The notes beneath the pieces were generated by a model. It saw only the letters and a program-made list of their open reading frames with translations, ran no database searches and was not told the DNA's origin. This document shows positions 1-11,156 of a stretch of 64,000 nucleotides of DNA, piece after piece. Source of the stretch: Octopus vulgaris. Lineage: Eukaryota. The stretch spans positions 39,990,001-40,054,000 of the forward strand of contig OX597829.1 in the NCBI GenBank assembly GCA_951406725.2, read 5' to 3'. Position 1 is the first letter of the stretch. Each line of letters begins with the position of its first letter. The position numbers and the translations under genes were made by a program.

Positions 1-473
1 TCTCTACTGAACCAGCTGATCAAACTCCATTTGTCATTTCTTATGCATATTCCGCCCTTTCTCCTTTGAAAATATGATTTCTGTTCTGGTAACAGGTGTG
101 TTGAAAAAAAATGTTGAATGAAAGATAGTATTTATTTGCTCCACTTTTTATGAAATAAAATTGACTTGAAACACCAGATTGGAATGGATGTTGGGAAAGG
201 TGTGCCTTACAGACGACTGTTCATTTCCCAAAGAAACTGTCTCAATTCCTGAGTTAATTCTCAGAATGACGCCCCGTGATTCAGTTCTTGTCTCAGCGTC
301 TTCACTTTCTGTTTTGGTCTTCATTCTTGCGCTTCAGTTGAACTCAAACGTAAACTTCAGTTTCAACTTCAATGCTTGATTCGCACTCCACTCATAGCTC
401 AGCTCAATTTTCACCTCACTTCAACTCTTGTCTCACCTCAAATCTCCCCTCACCTCGACTCTTGCTACACCTC

Positions 474-1040
474 GGAATGCTCACAGCAGCCATATTCCTA
501 CCACTCTATGTCACGCTGGTGAGACCCATATTGGAGTATGGGATTCAAGCCTCTTCTCCTTATCTCCTCAAAGACATACAGCATCTCGAAAGAGTCCAGA
601 AGCTGGCTACCCGCATGGTTCATGGTCTCAAAAATTTGTCCTACGAAGAAAGGCTGAGGACGCTCGACCTTTATTCTCTTGAAAAACGCCGCCGCCGTGG
701 TGATCTCATTCTCGCCCACAACATCATAAGCGGAAAGTGTAACCTCTCGAAAGAGCTGTTCTTCACTCCTGCTCCAGAGCGTCGGCTGCGGGGTCATTCC
801 GAAAAGCTCTACCTGCGACGATTTCATCTCAATCGAAGGAGAGGAGCTTTCTCCGTCCGGGTTGCGGATCCGTGGAACAAGCTGCCAGACGAGATGGTGA
901 AGATGCCGACGACCGTTCGGTTCAAAGTCTCCCTGGACCTCAAGTGGCCTGAACTCTTTACATGAACACCACCCTGTACTTAACTCCATGTCCCCCTACA
1001 TGGCCTTGCTATTTGCTTTTGAGCCAAATTAACTAACTAA
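474..1040 (+). mobile_element. 5'-truncated CR1/L2-clade LINE (RT C-terminus, 3' UTR, (TAAC)n tail)
   Basis: Translation LYVTLVRPILEYG...LERVQKLATRMV...[23 protein letters not shown]...RGH...[13 protein letters not shown] is typical of CR1/L2 ORF2. It ends in aactaactaa. Possible 5-bp TSD ACCTC (469-473 / 1040-1044). Two more copies occur in the window. Confidence 0.92.
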
Positions 1041-1198
1041 CCTCAACTCGCGCCTCACCTCAACTCTCACCTCACTTCAGCTCCTGCTTTAACCCGTGTC
1101 CCAAGCTTAACTCTGCTCCGATTTCAACTTATGCCTCAACTTCTGTCCCGGCCTCAATTCTTGCTTCAATTTAAACTCTTGTTTCAGCTTCGTATGCT

Positions 1199-1982
1199 CT
1201 TTACTCGACCCTGGGACTTATTCTTTGTAAGCCCAGTACTTATTCTATCGGTCTCTTTTGCCGAACCGCTAAGTGACGGGGACGTAAACACACCAGCATC
1301 GGTTGTCAAGCAATGCTAGGGGGACAAACACAAACACACACACACATATATACACTCTTTTACTTGTTTCAGTCATTTGACTGCGGCCATGCTGGAGCAC
1401 CGCCTTTAGTCGAGCAAATCGACCCTGGGACTTATTCTTTTATAAGCCCAGTACTTATTCAATGGGTCTCTATTGCCGAACCGCTAAGTGACAGGGACGT
1501 AAACACACCAGTATTGGTTGTCAAGCAATACTAGGGGGACAAACACAAACACACACACACATATATACACTCTTTTACTTGTTTCAGTCATTTGACTGCG
1601 GCCATGCTGGAGCGCCGCCTTTAGTCGAGCAAATCGACCCTGGGACTTATTCTTTTATAAGCCCAGTACTTATTCTATCGGTCTCTTTTTGCCGAACCGC
1701 TAAGTGACGGGGACGTAAACACACCAGCATCGGTTGTCAAGCAATGCTAGGGGGACAAACACAGACACGCACACATACACACACACACACACACATACAT
1801 ATATATATATACATATATCCGACAGGCTTCTTTCAGTTTCTGTCTACCAAATCCACTCACAGGGCATTGGTCGGCCCGAGGCTATAGCAGAAGACACTTG
1901 ACTTGCCCAAGATGCCACGCAGTGGGACTGAACCCGGAACCATGTGGTTGGTAAGCAAGCTACTTACCACACAGCCACTCCT
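1199..1982 (-). mobile_element. tRNA-derived SINE family A, full copy plus two tandem repeats of its 3' half
   Basis: Reverse strand has A box TGGCTGTGTGG, B box GGTTCAGTCCC, CTTGGGCAAGT (CORE-like), internal (TA)/(TG) tract and (GTAAAAGA) tail. The 3' ~215-bp unit is repeated. Confidence 0.92.
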
Positions 1983-2187
1983 GTTGCTTTAAATTATTTT
2001 CAGTCCTGTCTTCGACTCAATTTCTCTGAAACTGCCCCCTCTGCTTTGGTTCATTTCACTATATTTCCTAGCAAGTCTAGTCTTCCAGCGATCTCTATGG
2101 AAAAGAACAGAAACTGCCAGCAGATGGGGTTTTTTTTTATTAATAAATAAATAAATAATTGAAATAAAATAAAAACAAGTATTAGAA

Positions 2188-2649
2188 GGGCGCAGGAGTG
2201 GCTGTGTAGTAAGTAGCTTGCTAACAAACCACATGGTTCCGGGTTCAGTCCCACTGCGTGGCATCTTGGGCAAGTGTCTTCTGCTATAGCGGGCCGACAA
2301 TGCCTTGTGAGTAGATTTGGAGACGGAAACTGAAAGAAGCCTGTCTATATATGTATATATAGGCGCAGGAGTGGCTGTGTGGTAAGCAGCTTGCTAACCA
2401 ACCACATGGTTCCGGGTTCAGTCCCACTGCGTGTCATCTTGGGCAAGTGTCTTCTGCTATAGCCCCGGGCCGACCAATGCCCGGAAACTGAAAAGCCTGT
2501 CGTATATATGTATATATAGGCGCAGGAGTGGCTGTGTGGTAAGCAGCTTGCTAACAAACCACATGGTTCGGTTCAGTCACTGCGTGGCATCTTGGGTAGA
2601 CGACAATGCCTTGTGAGTGGAAGACGGAAACTGAAAGAAGCCTGTCGTA

Positions 2650-2718
<69 letters not shown>

Positions 2719-2943
2719 GTTTGTGTGTCTGTGTTTGTCCCCCTAGCATTGCTTGACAACCGATGCTGGTGTGTGTTTACGTCCCCGTCACTTAGCGGTT
2801 CGGCAAAAAGACCGATAGAATAAGTACTGAGCTTACAAAGAATAAGTCCCGGGGTCGATTTGCTCGACTAAAGGAGGTGCTCCAGCATGGCCGCAGTCAA
2901 ATGACTGAAACAAGTAAAAGAGTAAAAGAGAGAGTAAAAGAGA
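2188..2943 (+). mobile_element. SINE A with triplicated tRNA head
   Basis: GGCGCAGGAGTGGCTGTGT.. head at ~2188, ~2361 and ~2518. The last copy runs through to the AGTAAAAGAG tail. Confidence 0.92.
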
Positions 2944-3259
2944 GCCAGAAATGTGCATTCCAGTCTGATCACATGTTCAATGTCCCCTGCAACAAACGAG
3001 AAGCTGTTACGCTATAAATAAGGCACTATTTGTACAATGTAGACTTTCGTGCTTTTTTCTGGCTTTTTAGAAACAGCTTTCTCTCAGTTTGTTTGTTCAT
3101 GAAAGTCAGCAACTTCCTCATCATTTCATTTGTTGGAACTAAGATTCACTCGATACTCAAATGTGGTGGACAAGCTCCAAAGGAGCTGGACAGCTGGAGA
3201 GAGAGTGAGAGAGAGGACGAGTGATGCGCCAAAACAAGCATTGAGGATGGTAGAAATAC

Positions 3260-3490
3260 TTATTTCTTTACTACCCACAAGGGGCTAAACACAGAGAGGA
3301 CAAACAAGGACAGACAAATGGATTAAGTCAATTATATCGACCCTAGTGCGTAACTGGTACTTATTTAATCGACCCCGAAAGGATGAATGGCAAAGTCGAC
3401 CACGGCGGAATTTGAGCTCAGAACGTAGCGGCAGACGAAATACTGCTAAGCATTTCGCCCGGCGTGCTAACGTTTCTGCCAGCTCGCCGC
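3260..3490 (-). mobile_element. tRNA-derived SINE family B, full length
   Basis: GGCGAGCTGGCAGAAACGTTAGC...GAGTTCAAATTCC-type head and GCCTTTCATCCTTTCGGGGTCGAT central block (resembles the MetaSINE domain, from memory). 18-bp TSD TGAGGATGGTAGAAATAC (3242-3259 / 3491-3508). Confidence 0.93.
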
Positions 3491-3543
3491 TGAGGATGGT
3501 AGAAATACCTAACCCAGAGTTAGAGTATCTGACTCAACAAAGT

Positions 3544-3705
3544 TCATACTGTGTGGGAATTTTGTCGCCTACGCCGGTGGGTGACTACGGGCAACTCTGG
3601 CGCCACGGGAGATGAGGTTGCAGAGCTGCTTCCCCGCCAGATGAGACGTCGACTCCTGCATTCGGAGACGGAGTACAGCAACACGCTCGACACATACGTA
3701 TTTAC
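3544..3705 (-). CDS. Candidate terminal coding exon of an unknown gene
   Basis: Non-repetitive CpG-rich island. The minus strand has ttccaattatttcag|G followed by 53 open codons (VNTYVSSVLLYS...RRRRQNSHTV*). No family recognised; strand and frame are uncertain. Confidence 0.25.
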   Translation of the reverse strand, partial: VNTYVSSVLLYSVSECRSRRLIWRGSSSATSSPVAPELPVVTHRRRRQNSHTV

Positions 3706-4237
3706 CTGAAATAATTGGAACTTAAGTTTTGTGGAAATTTCTGACAACGGGGAATACGGAACAATCAGAAGACAGTATAGCACCACAAGTTCAGTTACAT
3801 TTTAATTCTATAAAAAAAAATGCATGAACTGTAAACCTGTTTTCTGAAACTCTATAATTCTTCTATATAATAAACAATTCAGCGCTACCCGTACAGGTTT
3901 AGAATTTTTAACTTCTATGCTTTGTTGGAAATTTGGATTGTTTTCTTTTTTAATTCACTCCCACGTATGGATTATTTCACTAAAATTTCAGTTGCTAAAT
4001 CTGGTTGCAGAGTTCTTTCTTCTCCATTTGAGTAACCCACTTGCGATTATTAACTCGTTAAGGCCCTCTTAGATGAGTGTTTCTTCATAAACAAGCGCAA
4101 TAAATTCTGAATTTCGCCTACGTTACCTTATTTAAATCTCATTTCTTGCTGACTGAAACTGTTTTCATTCTCTCTCTTAACTGCATTTGGATAAAAAAAT
4201 TTTCAAAATACCAATGACGTATAATACTTCTTATTGC

Positions 4238-4375
4238 ATGTATGTATGTATGTATGTATGTATGTATGTATGTATGTATGTATGTATGTATGTATGTATG
4301 TATGTATGTATGTATGTATGTATGTATGTATGTATGTATGTATGTATGTATGTATGTATGTATGTATGTATGTAT
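4238..4375. repeat. (TATG)n microsatellite
   Basis: Perfect tetranucleotide run. Confidence 0.98.
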
Positions 4376-4519
4376 ATACGCACACATGTCTACGCGCATA
4401 GGTACATCTTGATCTATACACATGCAGGCTAGGGTCGATTCCTATGAAAAAGAAAGTGGACAAAATAATATCACCTGCTTATCGGGAAATTTGTTAGTTT
4501 GATTTTTTTTTTCCTTTTT

Positions 4520-4695
4520 AAAGATAATCAAACCAAATGTTCATAATTTCGAGCCACTCACCCAATGAGTATTTCTACCAAATATGGTGAAAATCTGTTC
4601 AGCCGTTTTCCAGGAATTTTGCAAACACACAGATAAACAGATGAAGACGAATGATTACAATACCCTACTTTCGCTTACGCACGCAGGATAGCAAA
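4520..4695 (+). mobile_element. Probable Helentron/DINE-like non-autonomous element, 3' part
   Basis: ccaaatatggtgaaaatctgttcagccgtttt...acagataaacaga...aataccc plus a short terminal hairpin-like segment. Motif recall only. Confidence 0.35.
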
Positions 4696-5366
4696 TGAGT
4701 GGAAATCAAACCGGTGAGTATGTTAGATAATAAGGCATTAAGACGATATGACTCTCCCCAGACGCAACAAAATTTGAAAAGTATAACTTTTGCAGAATTC
4801 TTTGACGAACTAGTGTTCACCATTAGGCATGTTATTCTAAGATTATGTCATGAAAACGAAAAACTCCATCTTTCATAAGGTACTGAAATTGTTGTTTGAT
4901 GGAATGAAAAATTACTGCAAAATGTAGAAACACTTGGTGTGAATCGAGATTTGAAGGATGACCTAGAGGGTTCTATACAAAATTGTACACTAAACAAAAG
5001 TTTTGGTTTCAGTGAGCAGAACTTTACTGCCATCAAAGGAATAAAATAATAAAAAATAAAGATAAAGGAATAGGCGAAAACCTCAGAATCTCAGTTTAAA
5101 GTATGAGTATACAAGTGCTACGACGGCATCACAAGTAAGCAAAGCAAATACAGAAGAACGTCCAGACGCACTGAATTTAGTTAACGGTCAGGGTAACCAC
5201 AAGACGACCTTTTTCCACATGTCCAAATGTCTCTGTAGACAATCGATAGTTGTTACTACTGCTGGAAACAGAAGTGAAAATTGTAATGATACTTGCGTAT
5301 AAAGTGCGATATTACAATTGTAGTGAAACATGGACGTTGGGTTTAGGTGAGGATGTAAGAAAATCG

Positions 5367-5793
5367 GGATCTTTTCGATTTGAACGGCAGTTTTTTCTAG
5401 CGGTGTCATATGAAATTGTCACCCATAATTATGACCCTAGTATCGATCTATTACATTTCAATCTGTTTTAGGGTTAGGGTTAGTTAGGGTTAGGGGTGGG
5501 GGGAAGGGTATCTTTTTTTCTTCACAAATGTAAATAAACCCAATCTGTTTCTTAAACGAGGGACATATTCATACGGCACAGAATGTTTTTTTACCTCAAT
5601 AGACGTCAGTGATTGGTTGAAATTGCAGAAATTGAAGAAAAAACAACAAATATCTTACAAACTATAGAATTTTCGCAATAAAGCCAAGGGAAAAAGATGT
5701 TTTATAAACACATTCTACCAGTATACGAAGTTTAAAATTTTTTAGTTACCTAGAAATTATGTAAAAAAACTGCCGTTCAAACGGAAAAGATCC
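5367..5793 (+). mobile_element. MITE with ~30-bp TIRs, 8-bp TSD and internal TTAGGG repeats
   Basis: TIR GGATCTTTTCG.TTTGAACGGCAGTTTTT / AAAAACTGCCGTTCAAAC.GAAAAGATCC. TSD GAAAATCG/GAAAATTG. A second copy lies at 10698-11129. Confidence 0.9.
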
Positions 5794-5896
5794 GAAAATT
5801 GCCTGAAATAATCATGGCTAGTTGGATATTTGATGTCAGTGTGAGTGATTGACGAAGCAAAACTGAGTTGAAGGGGAGAAAAAAGATAAAAAGAGC

Positions 5897-6695
5897 CTAG
5901 ACTGTGGGTTCAGTCCTACTGTGCAGCACGTTGGACAAGGGTCTTCTACTATAGCTCCGGACCGACCAAAACCTTGCTGGTTGATTTGATAGATGGAAAC
6001 TGTGTGGAATCCTGTAGTATGTGTGTGTGTGTGTGTATGTGTGGCGGGGGTATCTATATGCGTGCTTAAGGCGGCGAGCTGGCAGAAACGTTAGCACGCC
6101 GGGCGAAATACTTAGCGGTATTTCGTCTGCGTTACGTTGTGAGTTCAAATTCCGCCGAGGTCGACTTTATCTTTCATCCTTTCGGGGTCGATAAATTAAG
6201 TCCCAGTTACGTACTGGGGTCGATGTAATCGACTTAATACCTATGTCTGTCCTTGTTTGTCCCCTCTGTGTTTAGCCCCTTGTGGGTAATAAAGAAATAG
6301 GTATTTCGTCTGCGTTACGTTGTGAGTTCAAATTCTGCCGAGGTCGACTTTATCTTTCATCCTTTCGGGGTCGATAAATTAAGTACCAGTTACGCACTGG
6401 GGTCGATGTAATCGACTTAATACCTATGTCTGTCCTTGTTTGTCCCCTCTGTGTTTAGCCCCTTGTGGGTAATAAAGAAATAGGTATCTATATGCGTGCG
6501 TGTCTTTGTCTCCCATCGCTGATTGACAACCGATATTGGTATGTTTGCGTCTCCCTAACTTAGCGGCTCGACAAAAGACACCGATAGTAAAATAGAATAA
6601 ATAGTGGGATCGATTTGTTCGACTACAACCTTTCAAGGCCGTGCTCCAGCATGGCCACAGTCTCGTGACTGAAAACCCGTGAAAGAGCAAAAAGT
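5897..6695 (+). mobile_element. Older SINE A-related copy interrupted by a SINE B dimer
   Basis: SINE A head remnant at 5897-6020 and tail at 6500-6695 flank the insertion. Confidence 0.8.
6069..6482 (+). mobile_element. SINE B head-to-tail dimer
   Basis: Full unit plus a 183-bp repeat restarting at GGTATTTCGTCTG. 17-bp TSD GGTATCTATATGCGTGC (6049-6065 / 6483-6499). Confidence 0.92.
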
Positions 6696-7011
6696 AAAAC
6701 GAAAAGGAATCTAAGAGAGGAGACGGTAATAGCAGAGATATGTGAGAAATGCGGTGGATGGCAACAGATTAAAAACAAAGGAAAAGGAAAAAAACAAGGG
6801 ACCAAAGCGATCCACCTGGAATGAACCTGGAGAAAAAGTAGCTAAAAATAAAACAGAAGCAGTAACAAAAAAAATACAAATTTGGAAAAGTCACGTCTAA
6901 CCCATACCAGGGACAAAAAGCATAAACAGGCAAAACAATGGTGATAAGGAAGAGGAGGAGAAGGAGGAAGATGTGGGAATGGCGACGACGGGGGTGATGA
7001 TGATGATGATG

Positions 7012-7542
7012 CGTCTGCCGTTACGTTCTGAGTTCAAATTCCGCCGAGGTCGACTTTGCCTTTCATCCTTTCGGGGTCGATAAATTAAGTACCAGTTACG
7101 CACTGGGGTCGATGTAATCGACTTAATCCGTTTGTCTGTCCTTGTTTGTCCCCTCTGTGTGTAGCCCCTTGTCGGTAGTAAAGAAATAGGTATTTCGTCT
7201 GTCGTTACGTTCTGAGTTCAAATTCCGCCGAGGTCGACTTTGCCTTTCATCCTTTCGGGGTCGATAAATTAAGTACCAGTTACGCACTGGGGTCGATGTA
7301 ATCGACTTAATCCGTTTGTCTGTCCTTGTTTGTCCTCTCTGTGTGTAGTAAAGAAATAGGTATTTCGTCTGCTGCTACGTTCTGAGTTCAAATTCCGCCG
7401 AGGTCGACTCTGCCTTTCATCCTTTCGGGGTCGATTAAATAAGAACCAGTTACGCACTGGGGTCGTTGTAATCGACTTAATCCGTTTGTCTGTCCTTGTT
7501 TGTCCCCTCTGTGTTTAGCCCCTTGTGGGTAGTAAGGAAATA
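7012..7542 (+). mobile_element. SINE B trimer (5'-truncated)
   Basis: Three tandem units joined at GAAATAG|GTATTTCG, flanked by GATGATGAT. Confidence 0.92.
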
Positions 7543-7744
7543 GATGATGATCGTGAAAACGACGATGGTAATATATCTATATTACACACATGCCCAACGT
7601 ATATTTACATAGAAACACGTTATGTTTGTGTGTGTGTGTGTGTGTGTGTGCGTGTGTGTGTGTGTGCGTGTGCGTGAGTGAGTGCGTGTGCTTGAGTGAG
7701 TGCGTGTGTTAGCATTATATGAAATTACTTTCACCTTATCAATC

Positions 7745-8131
7745 AAGCAACATGTGTAGTGGAGTGTAAGGCCTTGCTCTCTCTCTCTCTCTTCTTTCTC
7801 ACCACCACCACCAACACCACCAACACCACCACCACCACCACCACCACCAGCGCCGCCGCCGCCGCTGCCGCCGTCGCCGCCGCCACCAGCACTAGTACCA
7901 CCATCACCACCACCACCGCCGCCGCCATCTCGAATCCTAATCGCAGCACCAGCACTGCCGCCACCGCCGCCGCCACCATCTCCGCGATCACCAGTACCGT
8001 CGCCATCAGCACCACCGTCGCCATCACACCACCTCGTTAATGCCGGTTGGTAACAGCTTACAATGTTCCCACTCACCCAACGTTCCACCCGTTAAAGCAC
8101 GAGCACCGCACCCCACCCAGCTTTGGGACAG
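7745..8131 (+). other. Candidate first (5' UTR) exon / CpG-rich promoter region of a host gene
   Basis: GC/CpG-rich (CCA/CCG)n plus unique sequence, ending at a consensus donor CAG|GTGAGT (intron starts 8132). ATG 8040 opens a 30-codon frame running to the donor. The 5' boundary is a guess. Confidence 0.5.
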
Positions 8132-8386
8132 GTGAGTCATTCTCTTAATTACTTACCAACCTAATGTATGGGTTAGGGTTGTGTATGCTATGGTAAGCTG
8201 GTATGGTGTGTTGTAGCACTGTATTTATTTTAAGGTATTGGCAGGGTGGTACTGGTGGGGTGGCAGTGGAACAGCAAAATGCGACAGCAGCTCTCTTTAC
8301 ACACGTACATGCATACATTCATACATAAACATATACATACGCATATACACAAACACACACATACATACACACACACACACACACGC

Positions 8387-8434
<48 letters not shown>

Positions 8435-8529
8435 CATTATTCAATTTATTTCAAGATTTCTTACCAATACAGAAACAGTCCAGTTTCTAACCTATATCCA
8501 ACGTTCCTTCATTGGAATTTCAACATCAG

Positions 8530-8541
8530 TATATGTATGCG

Positions 8542-8573
<32 letters not shown>

Positions 8574-8905
8574 TGTATGTATGTATGTATGTATGTATGT
8601 ATGTATGCATGCATGCATGCATGCATGCATGTATGTATTTATGTATGTATGTATTTATGTATGTATGTATGTATGTATTTATGTATGTATGTATGTATGT
8701 ATGTATGTATGCATGCATGCATGTATGTATGTAAGTATGTATGTATGTATGTATTTATGTATGTATGTATTTATGTATGTATGTATGTATGTATATATGT
8801 ATGTATGAACGTATGTATGTATTTATGTATGTATGAACGTATGTGTGTATGTATGTATGTACGCACATATGTACGTACATATGTATGTATGAATGGATGG
8901 ATGTG
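8530..8905. repeat. Degenerate (TATG)n/(CATG)n microsatellite
   Basis: Direct inspection. Confidence 0.95.
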
Positions 8906-8989
8906 TGCAGATTTGTATGTTTTGCTTTATGTATGTATTCTCATGCATATAGTCGCTCGTCTAGACATGCTCATATGTACTTAAATGAT

Positions 8990-9255
8990 AAACTTCTAAA
9001 AAGTTTTACAGATCTTTGCAGTTCCAGTGATGGCTTGAATCTGTAGTCTTCCAATCAGCTTTCTCCTTTCTGGTTTTGAGAAGCCTTAATGTCTCAACAT
9101 TGATATTTAGGGAGTATGTTACATATCCCAGTGTCCCAATAATTACAGGTATAAAACTTAACTTGTAATCTGCATTGAGTAACTGCGGATTTCTCAACAG
9201 TTCAGCATGGGTATTCCCTTTTCCACTGATCTTCAGCCTTATGCTAACATCCCAT
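8990..9255 (-). mobile_element. RLE-type non-LTR retrotransposon, C-terminal relic
   Basis: Minus-strand ...FIPVIIGTLGYV...LQIQAITGTAKICKTF resembles the 'IPVVIGALG...GTAHIL' end of RLE ORFs. Confidence 0.7.
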
Positions 9256-9396
9256 TACAAAACAAAACAAAACAAAACATTGATTGCAGTAGAATGGTAA
9301 ATAAACGCTTTCAAATCAACCACATGCTCAGTCAATTCTTCCACATTAAAAAAAAATGTAATCTGACAATTAATTGATAAGTAAAATTTATTAATT

Positions 9397-9568
9397 AGGC
9401 GCAGGAGTGGCTGTGTGGTAAGTAGCTTGCTAACCAACCACATGGTTCCGGGTTCAGTCCCACTGCGTGGCACCTTGGGCAAGTGTCTTCTGCTATAGCC
9501 CCGGGCCGACCAATGCCTTGTGAGTGGATTTGGTAGACGGAAACTGAAAGAAGCCCATCGTATATATG

Positions 9569-9636
<68 letters not shown>

Positions 9637-9754
9637 TGTGTGTGTTTGTCTCCCTAGCATTGCTTGACAACCGATGCTGGTGTGTTTACGTCCCCGTAAC
9701 TTAGCGGTTCGGCAAAAAGAGACCGATAGAATAAGTACTGGGCTTACAAAGAAT
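9397..9754 (+). mobile_element. SINE A, 3' end replaced by a MITE fragment
   Basis: Canonical head and body; truncated at ...CTTACAAAGAAT. Confidence 0.92.
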
Positions 9755-9887
9755 GTGTTTATAAAACATCTTTTTCTCTCTTGGCTTTATTGAGAAAATT
9801 CTATAGTTTGTAAGATATTTTTTGGTTTATTTTCTTCCATTTCTGCAAATTTCAACCAATCAATGACGTCTATTGAGGTGAAATCTA

Positions 9888-10103
9888 CTGTATTTTTAAA
9901 AAATTAATTATTTTATTTCATTTTTAAAATAGCGCTCTTCCAGAAATAAGCCCATGGGCTCAAATACAGTCTTAAATAATTTCACTTAAATAATTTTTTT
10001 TTTCTGAAAATAATAAAAATTACTGGGGTTATACATGAAAAAAATTTCTGAATATAAGCCCATAGGCTTAAAATCGGATGGGCATTTTTTGGAAAAAAAA
10101 CAG
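9888..10103. mobile_element. Tc1/mariner-pogo-type MITE
   Basis: TA|CTGTATTTTT ... AAAAAAACAG|TA termini with internal ATAAGCCCAT repeats. Confidence 0.5.
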
Positions 10104-10697
10104 TAATGTTTTTATAATTTTTGTTTTAATAAAATATAGTAAATTTTTTAAATCTTGTTCTCGGCTGCAATATTATAAGTACAGTAGAATTTTAATTTTA
10201 AGTACTTTTTTGTTTCCTTTGGGGGTGACGAATTAGGCAAAATTCTACCGTAGAAATCTCGTTCTGTACTTCTCCTGGTGTAATATTAACATGCATGCAC
10301 CCGCATTTTTCATTGTAATGTATGTATGTATGTATGTATGTATGTATGTATGTATGTATGTATGTATTTCTACCTTTCTTAAACCCTAATTTTCTACTTA
10401 CACGTTTACGTTGTCTATCTTGCCCACTTTGTCTTTTTCTACCTTGCTACCTGCCTTGGCTAGAAAATTACTCTCACACCTTGACAGATAATTTTACCTT
10501 TTATCGTACCTGCCTAAATATTCTATTGCCGGCACAATATCTTAATTTTTTACCTTTTTTATTTATCTTTTAGTCTTTTTACAACACTGAACGCATGCAG
10601 TTGGCTTTTGTTTTTCCCAGGCAGTGGTAATAAAAATTCTGAAAGTAATAATATAAATTTAACCGGCTTAAAACTTTGTTGACTTTTTAAAATCAAT

Positions 10698-11129
10698 GGA
10701 TCTTTTCGGTTTGAACGGCAGTTTTTTAAAATAATTTCCACGTAACTAAACACTTTTAAACTTCGTATACTGGTAGAATGTGTTTATAAAACATCTTTTT
10801 CTCTCTTGGCTTTATTGAGAAAATTCTATAGTTTGTAAGATATTTTTTGGTTTATTTTCTTCAATTTCTGAAATTTCAACCAATCAATGACGTCTATTGA
10901 GGTGAAAACATTCTGTGCCTCGTTTAAGAAACAGATTGGGTTTATTTACATTTCTGAAGAAAAAAGATACCTTTCCCCCCACCCCTAACCCTAACCCTTA
11001 CCTTAACCCTAACTAACCCTAACCCTAAAACGGATTGAAATGCAATAGATCGATACTTGGGTCATAATTATGGGTGACAATTTCATATGACACCGCTAGA
11101 AAAAACTGCCGTTCAAACCGAAAAGACCC
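10698..11129 (-). mobile_element. Second TTAGGG-containing MITE copy, inverted relative to 5367-5793
   Basis: Same TIRs; perfect 8-bp TSD AAATCAAT (10690-10697 / 11130-11137). Confidence 0.92.
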
Positions 11130-11156
11130 AAATCAATTTTTCAATACCCTTATCAA

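Noticed and set aside
372-965. 197-aa host protein
   Set aside because: CR1 RT C-terminus with fortuitous in-frame flank; no real start codon.
2028-2132. Two CTCF-like motifs (TGCCCCCTCTGCT; CCAGCAGATGGGG) between the inverted SINEs
   Set aside because: Only partial matches, expected by chance; cannot be supported without a PWM scan or ChIP data.
5468-5500. Telomere or chromosome-fusion site
   Set aside because: Only a few TTAGGG units, internal to a TIR/TSD-bounded MITE present twice.
7582-8088. Gly-rich or Thr/Ala-rich protein ORFs
   Set aside because: Trinucleotide CCA/CCG repeats with non-ATG starts; better explained as 5' UTR or promoter sequence.
10182-10250. Tiny TA-flanked MITE (CAGTAGAATTTT...AAAATTCTACCG)
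   Set aside because: Single 70-bp instance with 12-bp imperfect IRs; insufficient support.
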